Source of the DNA: Patescibacteria group bacterium UBA2773
Lineage (GTDB): Bacteria; Patescibacteriota; Minisyncoccia; Moranbacterales; DUUL01
Direction of reading: 5' to 3'
DNA: 64,000 bases
NCBI GenBank assembly: GCA_002352465.1
Contig: DEIN01000008.1
Coordinates: forward strand, 64,564 to 128,563
This document shows, piece by piece, positions 24,324 to 35,676 of the stretch (its first letter is position 1; the number at the start of each line of letters is the position of its first letter). The notes beneath the pieces were generated by a model. That model saw only the letters and a program-made list of their open reading frames with translations. It did not search any database and was not told the origin of the DNA. The position numbers and the translations under genes are program-made.

Positions 24324-24559
24324 ACAAAATATTTTATGCTTTTTAATTAAGCTTGAATCGAAGATTGGAAATTGCAAATTAAAAAGGTTTTTATAATTTT
24401 AAATTTCGAATTTTAAATTTCGATTCAATGTTTTAATTTTCTAATTTCTAAACGACAAGCTTCGCTTGCAGTCATTTTAAAAATTAAAACATTAAAATGT
24501 TTTAAATTGAATCGAAATTTATAATGCCCCTTGGGTGTAAAATTGAAGAATATTTCTCA

Positions 24560-25396
24560 ATGAAAACCAAAAAGATTCTTACAATCATAATAATCACTTA
24601 CAACTCTCAAAATTGCATTGAGAGTTGTTTGCAATCGATTAAAGTGCAAAATGTTCCAACGAATATTTTGATTATCGATAATAATTCGACTGATAAGACT
24701 TGGAGGAAACTGCAAACACTTAAAGCCTCTAATATTGATTTGATTAAGAACAAAGTTAATAGTGGATTTGCTCGAGCGGTTAATCAAGGCTTTAAATATT
24801 CTAATAAAAATTTTAAAAATTCTTTATTTTTATTGTTGAATCCTGATGCTGTTCTCGATGATTTTTGTCTAGCCAGGTTGATCGAGGCAATTGATTCAAA
24901 TCCAAAACTAGGACTTTGTTCACCAATCATTAAAAATCCTACAAATAATCAACTTATTTTTCAACAAGGCAAAATTGATTGGTGGCAGATGAGAACTCTC
25001 CATGTTGCCGCTAAAAGTCTCTCCTCGGATTATCTCACCGGTTGTTGTTTATTGATAAAAAAAGCTGTCATTGACAAAATAGATGGCTTTGATGAAAGAT
25101 TTTTTCTTTATTATGAAGACGCTGATTTTTGTTTAAGAGCTCGTCAAAATGGTTTCCAATTAAAAACTGTCTCGAAAGCAATTTGCTTTCACCAAGAATC
25201 TCAATCTTCTGATTCCGATACTAAAACTTATTATCTCGTCAAAAACGGCTTAATCTTTTTCCATAAACATTTTTCGCTACTAACCAAGCTTCTCTACTTC
25301 TGGCCGATTTTCTTCTTGCGTTTAATCTATCATCTGTTGATATCTCGCAAAAAAAACATTGTCCAAGCGTTCAAAGACTTCTATTTTAATAAATAA
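24560..25396 (+). CDS. family 2 glycosyltransferase (start adjusted to MKTKK)
   Basis: ILTIIIITYNSQNCIESCL, DNNSTD (DXD-like), YYEDADFCLRAR motifs of GT2 rhamnosyl/glycosyl transferases. Confidence 0.8.
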   Translation: MKTKKILTIIIITYNSQNCIESCLQSIKVQNVPTNILIIDNNSTDKTWRKLQTLKASNIDLIKNKVNSGFARAVNQGFKYSNKNFKNSLFLLLNPDAVLDDFCLARLIEAIDSNPKLGLCSPIIKNPTNNQLIFQQGKIDWWQMRTLHVAAKSLSSDYLTGCCLLIKKAVIDKIDGFDERFFLYYEDADFCLRARQNGFQLKTVSKAICFHQESQSSDSDTKTYYLVKNGLIFFHKHFSLLTKLLYFWPIFFLRLIYHLLISRKKNIVQAFKDFYFNK

Positions 25397-25411
25397 TTTC
25401 ATTTTTAAACG

Positions 25412-25448
25412 TAAAAAACCGGTGATGTATATCGAATACATCACCGGT
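25412..25448 (-). terminator. Rho-independent terminator (13-bp perfect stem ACCGGTGATGTAT/ATACATCACCGGT, T-run on minus strand)
   Basis: Perfect hairpin followed on the minus strand by TTTTTTACG, directly 3' of minus-strand gene 25457..25708. Confidence 0.65.
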
Positions 25449-25456
25449 GGTTAAAA

Positions 25457-25708
25457 TCAAAAACAAATCAATTCTTCTGATTCGTTTTTCAAAAGTTTCG
25501 ATCCGTCGGAAAATCCAATGGCCATTGAATTTCCTTTCTCGTCCAAAATCCGCCACTTATCTTTAAGCGGCAAAAAATTTAAAAAATCTTCGATTGACAT
25601 TTCGCCAAGATTTTCTTTTCCCTGACGATAGAGAGACTTAACAGCCTCCGCAATATTATTTAATCCTGCTACCTTAGCTATCAATTCTTTCGCAAAATAT
25701 TTTTTCAT
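25457..25708 (-). CDS. hypothetical protein (start adjusted to MKKYF with GGGAGG SD)
   Basis: ORF track; strong SD GGGAGG 6 nt upstream of internal ATG. Confidence 0.45.
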   Translation of the reverse strand: MKKYFAKELIAKVAGLNNIAEAVKSLYRQGKENLGEMSIEDFLNFLPLKDKWRILDEKGNSMAIGFSDGSKLLKNESEELICF

Positions 25709-25956
25709 TTTTCCTCCCAAAAAAATTAAAGTTAAGTGCCATTTGAAACTATTTATATAAATAACTAGACTCAAACGGCAATTAAATTATTTTCAGAAGA
25801 AAAAACAAATTTATAAAGAACTTTTAAGTAATTAAAATTAAAACATAGTTTTTCTATTTTGTCCAAAGCATTTTGATATTTTGGTTTTGTATTGCTTTTT
25901 AAATAAAATAAAAAATTAAAATTATCCAATTTTTTATTATGATAACCCAACAACTT

Positions 25957-26406
25957 TTATCGCATTCGGCGGCTGCCTCGACTTCTGAATTTTTTGGCTA
26001 GTTTAACTCGGGCTGATTGTTTATCAAGTTGAGAAAGCATCATTGCAAATTGATTTTCATCCATTGATTTTCGTTCGGATTGTTTGGCTTCAACTGCTCG
26101 TTTTCGAGCTTTTTCAGCTCGCTCAAGGTTGATTTCTTCGGCTCTTTCCGCGGTGTCAGCCAAAACAGTTAATTGATTAGCATGCAATTCCAAAAAACCT
26201 CCCGAGACCACCATTTCGGTTATTTTTCCTTTTTCTTTGGTAATTTCTAAAACACCTGGTGCTAAAGTCGTAATCAACGGAATATGATCGGGCAAAATTG
26301 TAATTACCCCACTTTCAGTTGGAATAGTAATTTTATCAATCTCCTTTTCCGCCACTAATTTTTCTTGGGTGGCAATCTTCAATTTAATCTTCTTTTGAAT
26401 GCTCAT
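25957..26406 (-). CDS. atpC: F1 ATP synthase epsilon subunit
   Basis: N-terminal beta-sandwich ITIPTESGVITILPDHIPLITTL; 149 aa; separated from atpD by 1.2 kb. Confidence 0.85.
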   Translation of the reverse strand: MSIQKKIKLKIATQEKLVAEKEIDKITIPTESGVITILPDHIPLITTLAPGVLEITKEKGKITEMVVSGGFLELHANQLTVLADTAERAEEINLERAEKARKRAVEAKQSERKSMDENQFAMMLSQLDKQSARVKLAKKFRSRGSRRMR

Positions 26407-26831
26407 ATAAATATATAAATAATATTTTAAGTTTTTTATTTATCTGTGTTCTTCTATTAATTTTCAGATTAAATAAATTTTGAATTTTAAATTTTAAATT
26501 TTAATTCAATGATTTAATTTATTAATTTTTAAACAACAAGCTTTGCTTGTGTTTTTTAAGAATTAAATAATTCAAAATTGATTCAAAATTCAAAATTTAA
26601 AATTCAAAATTAATCCCTCAATCTCACAATCAAAACTTAATGGTTTAAGTTTTGAAGAATGGTATTGATAAATTTTAAAATTTAAACTTTCTGGATTCCC
26701 GCCTCCGCGGGAATAACAAGATTAAATGCAAAATGAAAATCATAAAATATTGACAATCTAATCAAAATGTACTATGGTATAGTTTGAATTAATGAACAGC
26801 ACTTTAATTTAAAATTTAAAAGGAGAACTTC

Positions 26832-27116
26832 ATGGACAAGGTTAAAAAAAATACTGTAATCGAAGAAAAAAAAGCGGATCAAATCAAGAGCTCAAGGAAA
26901 AGATTTAGGATAGGAGTTTTTCTTTTGATTATAGGTCTTGCCTCAATATTCATCGTTTTATTAGGTTTAGGTTTGCACCCGATAAAACCTGAAGAATTCA
27001 CAACATTATTTCAAATAACCTTGTATTTATCAGCTTATATCGCCTCTTTAATCGCTGCTTGTTTATGCGTCTATTTAGGAGTTATTATTATCTCGGAAGA
27101 GATAATAAAGAAATAA
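26832..27116 (+). CDS. small 2-TM membrane protein inserted between atpD and atpC on the opposite strand
   Basis: Own promoter TTGACA-17-TATGGTAT, strong SD AAAAGGAGAA, followed by 13-bp hairpin terminator at 27199-27250. Confidence 0.5.
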   Translation: MDKVKKNTVIEEKKADQIKSSRKRFRIGVFLLIIGLASIFIVLLGLGLHPIKPEEFTTLFQITLYLSAYIASLIAACLCVYLGVIIISEEIIKK

Positions 27117-27198
27117 TTGTTGAAAAGCCTGCAACCGAAACTTGGTTGCACGGCTTTTCTTTTTGTTAAATTTTGAATGTTCAAGATTTTTTTTCGTG

Positions 27199-27250
27199 GT
27201 TTCCCGAGGTTTGACCGCCGTTCCACTGCGGTCGGACCTCTGTTTTTCTG
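27199..27250 (+). terminator. hairpin terminator, member of TTTCCCGAGGTT(C/T)GACCGC repeat family
   Basis: GAGGUUUGACCGC/GCGGUCGGACCUC stem with G-U wobbles valid only on plus-strand RNA, followed by TGTTTTTCTG. Confidence 0.55.
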
Positions 27251-27591
27251 AGTGTTTTTGTTATTACAAATGTATGTACATGTATACTTACTTTTATAAA
27301 TATGATTAATTTTGCACCCCCCCAAGGGCATCTTAAATTTCAAATTTTGAATTTCAATTCAATTTTAAATTATCTATTTTTAATTTCTGGATTCCCGCCA
27401 TACACCGTCGCTAAAGCTATGGCACACACGGCGCGGGAATGACAACACAAACAGAACATCTTTAGAGATTTTATTATTCAGATGCAGTTCGAGGCGAAAT
27501 TAATAATTTCGACGAGATGTATTAAGTTGATACATCGAGTCGGAATTATTGATTTCAACAAAGAAATGCGCTGAATAAAAAATCTCAACGG

Positions 27592-29001
<1,410 letters not shown>

Positions 29002-29163
29002 TTATTTAGAGACTAGTGATCGCCGTCAAGGCGTTAAACAAAATTTTTAATTTTTGAATTTTATAAATAAATTCAAAACCTTAATTTTTAAACATTCTCG
29101 TCCGAAGCGTTTTGAATTTAAAAATTGAGATTTATTTAAAAATTATAAAATTAAAAATTATTT

Positions 29164-30150
29164 CTATTCCTCCATCGTCATCTTCCCCGACGTGATTTCT
29201 GCAATTTCTTGGGTAATTCCCATCTGACGTAGCTGATTATATGAATATTGCAGTTGTTCCATCATATCATTGGCAGTGTCAGTGGCATTTTTCATTGCTA
29301 ACATTCGAGCCGATTCTTTGGAGGCGTTTGATTCCAAAATTGCGTGATATAACTGCATCTCAATCAAACGAGGTAAAATATGGTCAATTACTTGCTTGGG
29401 TTCTGGTTCAATCTTATAATTAATTCCGTGCCATCGACTTTCAAGTTTTTCGATTCGCTCTTTCGGTGTGCCTTTTCTTTGTTCTTCAATTTCTTCAATT
29501 TGCTTTTCAATATCAACACTAGAAACTGGCAATAACTGTCTTAATCGAGGAATTTGCTTGATAGTATTAACATAATCAGTATAAGCCACTACTACTTTGT
29601 CGTATTTGCCCAAAGTGTAATCATCCATCACAATTTTGGCTAAAGACCGGACATTCTCCAAGCTTGGATTATAATTAAATTTTTCAAATAAAGCTGAAAC
29701 TTCATAATCCCTACAATTTAGAAAATCAAATCCTTTTTTTCCAACAGTGATAAATTCAAAATTTAAATCCTTGTTGTTCACTTTGGATGGGATTTTTTTA
29801 TCTTTAATTCGATTGACTTTGATTAAATCAGGATTTTTAACCTGCTCCATTACTTTCTTGATTAGCTGAGAATTAAAACTTCCGCACAGACCTCGATTGG
29901 AAGTAATCATCACCACTAAAATATTTTTGACTTCCCTGACTTCTAATAAACCATGTCGAGACCGTTTCAAACTCTTTGACAAGTTCATCAAAACATTCCA
30001 AGCCGATTGAGCATAGTTTCTGATCGCTAAGACATTAGCAATTTCTTTTTTCATTTTCGCAGCTGACACCATTTCCATTGCTCGAGTGATTTTTCGAGTA
30101 TTATTAATGGATTTGATTCGTCTTTGAATTTCTTTGGTTCCTTTGGCCAT
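29164..30150 (-). CDS. atpG: F1 ATP synthase gamma subunit (with ~40 aa internal expansion)
   Basis: N-terminal MAKGTKEIQRRIKSINNTRKITRAMEMVSAAKM and C-terminal ITQEIAEITSG signatures. Confidence 0.9.
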   Translation of the reverse strand: MAKGTKEIQRRIKSINNTRKITRAMEMVSAAKMKKEIANVLAIRNYAQSAWNVLMNLSKSLKRSRHGLLEVREVKNILVVMITSNRGLCGSFNSQLIKKVMEQVKNPDLIKVNRIKDKKIPSKVNNKDLNFEFITVGKKGFDFLNCRDYEVSALFEKFNYNPSLENVRSLAKIVMDDYTLGKYDKVVVAYTDYVNTIKQIPRLRQLLPVSSVDIEKQIEEIEEQRKGTPKERIEKLESRWHGINYKIEPEPKQVIDHILPRLIEMQLYHAILESNASKESARMLAMKNATDTANDMMEQLQYSYNQLRQMGITQEIAEITSGKMTMEE

Positions 30151-30388
30151 AACAATTACATGTTAAATAAAAAAATTTAAATTAAACGATATTTCTCTTG
30201 TCAATCAAAATTAAAATCATTGAATAATTTCCAAGACACAAGAGACAATATACAAACAAATCTCAAATTATAAATTAAAAATCTCAAGTTTCAAAAGCCG
30301 CAGGCTTTTATTTTTTAATTTAACTTTTTTAATTTTTAATTTGTTTGTTTCTTGCGTCCTTATTTCTTGTATCTTATGCCTTTTCTAA

Positions 30389-31924
30389 CTATTTTTCATC
30401 ACTTTCGGACTCAATTGTTCCTTTAAAGTCTTCTACGATTTTCTTGATTTTCTTTTCTAAGGCTTCATCGAAGTCTTTTTTCTTGGATAATTCTTTCAAA
30501 ATATCGCTACCAACATCTTTGAAATATTTCAACAAATCGGTTTCTATTTTTCGGATACAATTAACTTCAACATTATCGAAATAACCATTATTCAAAGACC
30601 ACATTGAAACTACTTGTTCTTCCATCGATAACGGTGAATATTGATCTTGTTTCAAAATTTCTCGAGTTCTAAAGCCTCGATTGATTTTTTGTTGAGTTTG
30701 TTCGTCCAATTCTGAGCCAAACTTCGTGAATGCTTCAAGCTCCCTGAATTGGGCTAATTCCAATTTGACTTTTCCAGCCACTTTTTTAATCGCTTTGGTT
30801 TGAGCAGATGACCCAACTCGAGAAACTGAAAGCCCCACATTAATGGCTGGTTTAATTCCTTGATAGAAAAGATCGGCTTCCAAAAAGATTTGTCCATCCG
30901 TAATTGAAATCACGTTGGTTGGGATGTAGGCGGAAAGGTCACCAGCTTGAGTTTCAATTATCGGCAAAGCAGTCATTGATCCATTTCCGTAATCCTTATT
31001 TAATTTAGCTGCTCGTTCCAAAAGTCTGGAATGGAGATAGAAAACATCTCCAGGATAGGCTTCTCGTCCTGGCGGTCGTTTCAATAAAAGTGAAATTTGT
31101 CGATAAGAAACCGCGTGTTTTGATAAATCATCGAAAACAATCAGAACGTCTTTGCCTTGATCCATAAAATATTCTCCGATTGTGCATCCCGCATAAGGAG
31201 CAATGAATGAATAAGCCACTGGATCGGAAGCCCCCGCCACAATCACAATAGTGTGTTTCATTGCGTTATGTTCTTCTAATTTTTTCACGATTTGAGCAAT
31301 TTTAGATTTCTTTTGGCCAATTGCCACATAAATACAAATCATATCTTGTCCTTTTTGATTGATAATGGCATCAATTGCAATAGCGGTTTTTCCAGTTTGT
31401 CGATCGCCAATAATCAGCTCTCGTTGTCCTCTCCCGACTGGAATCATAGCATCAAGAGCTTTTATCCCGGTTTGAACTGGTTCATTTACTCCTGCCCTAG
31501 TAATCACTCCTGGAGCAATTTTTTCAATTGGATAGGTTTCAGTAACTTCAAAAGCGTCTTTTCCGTCGATGGCTTCTCCAATTGGATTAATTACTCGTCC
31601 AATCATTTTTTCACTAGCTGGAACTGAAAGCACTTTTCCCAAAGAAACTGCTGTATCGCCTTCTCGAACTTTCTCGATATTTCCAATCACGATTGCTCCG
31701 ACATTGCCTTCTTCTAGATTCATAATCACTCCATAAACATCAGAATCTTTTCCGTCAGTGCTTTCAAATTTAATCATTTCCGACATCATCGCTTCGTCCA
31801 AACCAATGATTTTAGCTACTCCATCGCCAACTTCAATCACTCGACCAATTTTTTTGGTTTCAAGATCAACGTCAGCATTTAAAATTTGTTTTTTTAAATT
31901 TTCAATAATGTAATCTTTATTCAT
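30389..31924 (-). CDS. atpA: F1 ATP synthase alpha subunit (start adjusted to MNKDYII)
   Basis: Walker A GDRQTGKT; alpha-subunit signature; ORF-track start is 19 codons upstream of likely start. Confidence 0.95.
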   Translation of the reverse strand: MNKDYIIENLKKQILNADVDLETKKIGRVIEVGDGVAKIIGLDEAMMSEMIKFESTDGKDSDVYGVIMNLEEGNVGAIVIGNIEKVREGDTAVSLGKVLSVPASEKMIGRVINPIGEAIDGKDAFEVTETYPIEKIAPGVITRAGVNEPVQTGIKALDAMIPVGRGQRELIIGDRQTGKTAIAIDAIINQKGQDMICIYVAIGQKKSKIAQIVKKLEEHNAMKHTIVIVAGASDPVAYSFIAPYAGCTIGEYFMDQGKDVLIVFDDLSKHAVSYRQISLLLKRPPGREAYPGDVFYLHSRLLERAAKLNKDYGNGSMTALPIIETQAGDLSAYIPTNVISITDGQIFLEADLFYQGIKPAINVGLSVSRVGSSAQTKAIKKVAGKVKLELAQFRELEAFTKFGSELDEQTQQKINRGFRTREILKQDQYSPLSMEEQVVSMWSLNNGYFDNVEVNCIRKIETDLLKYFKDVGSDILKELSKKKDFDEALEKKIKKIVEDFKGTIESESDEK

Positions 31925-32455
31925 AGATTTAATTAAAAGCTTAAAGTATAAAGTTAAAAGTTTAGGAATTTTACTACGCAAAATCTTTCTAATCTAGTCT
32001 TATTCAAAACACTCAATGTTAAACTCAATATTTACAAACATTTTGAAAATTATCTTAGGAAAATTGGGGAGAAAAACATTGATTTCTCCTCTTGTTAAAT
32101 TATTTGTTCTTTTTAATGTTCCCAAGGTTTCTTCACTGGAATATAAAAAAGAATAAAGATATAAACCAATGAACCAAATAACCACAATAAAAATAAAACA
32201 TCTTTTATATTTGACCTCCTCTCAAAAATGAAATATTAGCTTTCCTAAAATAATTTTTCAAAAAACTGCTGGAAAATAATCAATCTTCAATATTCAATAT
32301 TCATTCAATAAACAATAAACTAATATTCAATTTACTATTTACTATTTAATGAATGTTTTGAAATTGAAAATTCTATATCAAAGATTAATTTAAACAACTA
32401 CGTTGAATTTATAATTTGTAATTTGTAAACAATTTATAAATTATAAATTTTTGGG

Positions 32456-32863
32456 TTACCCAACAAGCGCTTTTTTAACACGATTAATTCGACTATCCAA
32501 ACTTCCGTCATATATTTCATTCTCAAATTTCACTATAAATCCGCCTTTTAAATTGTCGTCAATTTCATTTTTTAAATTAATTAATTTCTTTGAAACGTCC
32601 TTTTTGACTGCAATCGCTTGTTGAATTTCTTTTAATTCTTTTTCTTCTAATTTCCAAGCGCTACAAATCACGCCTTCCAATTTTCCAGATTCTCTTTTCT
32701 TGATAATTTGATATCGAGCCTCAATGTCTGCCATTTTTGCCGTAGCGCCATTTTGTTTAATCAAAGTAGCAATGCCTTTGATTAAGGCCTTTCGCTCGTT
32801 TTCGCTCGAAGTTTTGAAAGCTTCGTGTAATAATTTGGCATATTGTTCGCTAGTTGCTTTCAT
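32456..32863 (-). CDS. atpH: F1 ATP synthase delta (OSCP) subunit, short form
   Basis: Position between atpF and atpA; alpha-helical 135 aa; weak sequence signature. Confidence 0.55.
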   Translation of the reverse strand: MKATSEQYAKLLHEAFKTSSENERKALIKGIATLIKQNGATAKMADIEARYQIIKKRESGKLEGVICSAWKLEEKELKEIQQAIAVKKDVSKKLINLKNEIDDNLKGGFIVKFENEIYDGSLDSRINRVKKALVG

Positions 32864-33029
32864 ATATATTATATCTCTAGTTAATTTGATTGATTACATT
32901 CCAGTATATAGAAGTTTCTTTTTTTGAGTGCAATTCGAGAAAAACCTGAGCAACGAGCAAGATGTATTAAATGAAACATCGAGCGAGTGGTAGAAGGTTC
33001 GACAAAGGAATGCACCAGAAATGGAAATT

Positions 33030-33533
33030 CTAACTTTTCTTAATTTTGGAGATAGCGTTGTTAATTATTTTTTTGTCGGTTTCCTTGTCTTGCTTTTTAT
33101 CTAAAACTTTTTCCAAAGCCAAGCCAGTTAATTCCCCAATTTCCTGTCTGACTTCTTTAATCATTTTTTCTTTTTCAATTTCAATCGTTTTTTTGGTTTC
33201 AATCATAATGTCATCGGCTTCATGTTTAGCCTTTTCCAGAATAATTGCCTTATTCTTCTCTGCCATTTTTTGCATTTTTTCCAAAATCTCCCGAGCTTCC
33301 TTTTTGGCTTCTTTGATTTTTTCATTTCTAGTTTTTTCGGCTTTTTCCAATTGCTCTTGGGAGGATTGAGCATCCTTCAAACCTTTTTCAATTTTTCCAG
33401 TCCGCTCATTCATCGTTTTCAAAAGTGGTTTATAAACCAATTTATATAGAACAACTAGTACGATAGTGAAATTTATCAACTGAGCAATCAGCAATTTAAT
33501 ATCTAAATGAAAAGCTTCGATTATTCCATCCAT
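33030..33533 (-). CDS. atpF: Fo ATP synthase subunit b
   Basis: Single N-terminal TM then long charged coiled coil (KE-rich); operon position. Confidence 0.75.
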   Translation of the reverse strand: MDGIIEAFHLDIKLLIAQLINFTIVLVVLYKLVYKPLLKTMNERTGKIEKGLKDAQSSQEQLEKAEKTRNEKIKEAKKEAREILEKMQKMAEKNKAIILEKAKHEADDIMIETKKTIEIEKEKMIKEVRQEIGELTGLALEKVLDKKQDKETDKKIINNAISKIKKS

Positions 33534-33750
33534 AACAATTTTTTTAAAAAAATTAATTTTGAATTTTAAATTTTAAATTTTAATTCAATTTAGAATGTTT
33601 TAATTTTTCAATTTTTAAACATTCTCTAATGGAACATTCTAAACTTGAAAATTAGGATTTATTCAAAATTTAAAATTATCAATTCTCTCTAAGCTCTACC
33701 TTTAGAAAAGATAAAGCCTAAGAAAATTCAAATAATTGCCTTACGACAAA

Positions 33751-33996
<246 letters not shown>

Positions 33997-34314
33997 TTAT
34001 TAATTAGTTATTAGTTAGAAAGTCTTTAAAGTTTGTAAAGTTGAAAGTTTTTTAGATTCAAGAACAACTTGCAATTAAAAAACTTTATGAACTTTATAAA
34101 CTTTATGAACCTTTCAACCAAATGACTTATCCTAGATTTCTATTTTTGAGTGCAGTCCGAGGAAAATCTTAAATCATAAATCTTTGGACTTCAGAAATTT
34201 AAAATTTAGTACAATTCAAGGAAAACTTGAGCAACGAGCGAGATGTATTAGATAATACATCGAGCGAGTGGCAGAAAATTTGACGAAGAAATGGGCTGAA
34301 TTTTAAATTCCTGA

Positions 34315-35190
34315 CTAGTGTTCGGCAGTGACGGACATAGAAAGGAAGACGAGAGTAAGTATCGAAAAAACCGCTGCCTGCACCACTCCCACTAGAACTT
34401 CTAAAAAGAAAAATGGGATTGGTAGGATGAACGCAAAAATCATGGCCATCGAGGCCAGCAAAACTTCTCCAGCAAAAATATTTCCAAAAAGTCGTAGCGA
34501 CAGAGACATTATTTTGGCAATCTCACCCACAATTTCCATAAATCCTACAAAAAATTTTACCGGATTGATAAACGCGACATTTTTGTCTTCTTTGAATTTT
34601 CTAGGAATTTCCAAAAGAGTTTCAATGTTGATAAATTTGTTAAAATGTTTCCAAGCGCCAATCGTGAAAACCCCGATAAAGTGGCTAAAAAACACGGCGA
34701 ACAAAGCTAAAGCCAAAGTCATATTCAAATCAGCGGTTCCACCTCTGAAAAATGGAATAAAAGCATTGTGTCCTTCGTGCATTTCATAGAAACCGATTGT
34801 TCCGATTATTGGTAAAAGACCAAACCAATTATTGAGTAAGATAAAAAGAAAAAAGGCCAAAGCAACTGGCAATAATTTTTCAGAAGTTTTTCGGTCTCTG
34901 GTAATGGTATCGGCAAAATTCAAACCACCCTCTAAAATCATTTCAGCAAAATTTTGCAAACCTTTTGGAATTTGTCGTATTTTTTTTCTGACTAAAATAA
35001 AAGCGACAACTAAAAATAGTGTCACTGAAAGACTACTAAAGAACGCATTAGTTATTTTAAAATTCCCTATTTGAAAAATTGGTTCAGCGTAGATAGTTGG
35101 TTCATGAGCAACTTCGGTTTGAGTTTCTTGATGAACGTTTGATGGTTGGGTTTGAGTTTCAACTGCTTGAGTCGTTTTGACTTCTGACAT
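34315..35190 (-). CDS. atpB: Fo ATP synthase subunit a
   Basis: Conserved Arg motif LSLRLFGNIFAGEVLL; 291 aa. Confidence 0.9.
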   Translation of the reverse strand: MSEVKTTQAVETQTQPSNVHQETQTEVAHEPTIYAEPIFQIGNFKITNAFFSSLSVTLFLVVAFILVRKKIRQIPKGLQNFAEMILEGGLNFADTITRDRKTSEKLLPVALAFFLFILLNNWFGLLPIIGTIGFYEMHEGHNAFIPFFRGGTADLNMTLALALFAVFFSHFIGVFTIGAWKHFNKFINIETLLEIPRKFKEDKNVAFINPVKFFVGFMEIVGEIAKIMSLSLRLFGNIFAGEVLLASMAMIFAFILPIPFFFLEVLVGVVQAAVFSILTLVFLSMSVTAEH

Positions 35191-35294
35191 TTTTGTTGAT
35201 TATCTTTATAGGTAATTTAAATTATCCAAACACCAAAAGCAATCCTACTCCCATTTTAGGAAAAAGAAATTAATTAGTATTCGGAAACAATCTT

Positions 35295-35534
35295 TTACTT
35301 TAACTTTTTGATGGCTCCAAGAGCCTCTCTAACTATTCCAACGCAAGTAATTATAAACGCAATTCCTACGGAAGTCAAGACGAAAAAAAAGCCGGTCTGA
35401 AACTTCTCGTCCAGCCAACTTCCAAACAATAAAGCCAAAATAATTGGTCCAACAATCCAACCAGAGACGATGGTGAACATTTTGGTGGCTTTGGCCCAAT
35501 CTTGGGTCAGCTCTTTGTTATTCTTGTCTGGCAT
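35295..35534 (-). CDS. AtpZ/AtpI-like small membrane protein preceding atpB
   Basis: 79 aa, 2 TM, canonical position upstream of atpB. Confidence 0.5.
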   Translation of the reverse strand: MPDKNNKELTQDWAKATKMFTIVSGWIVGPIILALLFGSWLDEKFQTGFFFVLTSVGIAFIITCVGIVREALGAIKKLK

Positions 35535-35676
35535 ATTTTTTTAAATTTTATAATTTTATAATTTTATAAATAATTTTTAATCTCTAATTTTCAAACAACA
35601 AGCTTCGCTTGTATTTTTTAAAAAAATTAAAATTGAGCTCCTGGATTCCCGCCTCCCCGGGAATGACAATGTAAAA

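Noticed and set aside
25771-25953. 60-aa minus-strand ORF downstream of atpC
   Set aside because: AT-rich intergenic sequence, no RBS, lysine/asparagine-rich low-complexity translation.
30293-30316. Plus-strand terminator-like hairpin in the atpA-atpG spacer as a feature
   Set aside because: No plus-strand gene upstream to terminate, so the function is unclear. Mentioned in a finding but not listed as a feature.
31292-31627. 111-aa plus-strand ORF inside atpA and similar antisense ORFs inside atpB (34328..34789, 34832..35074), leuS (50588..50875, 50925..51191, 51431..51928) and lepA (37073..37879)
   Set aside because: Antisense to conserved genes with no start/RBS context. Typical AT-rich genome artefacts.
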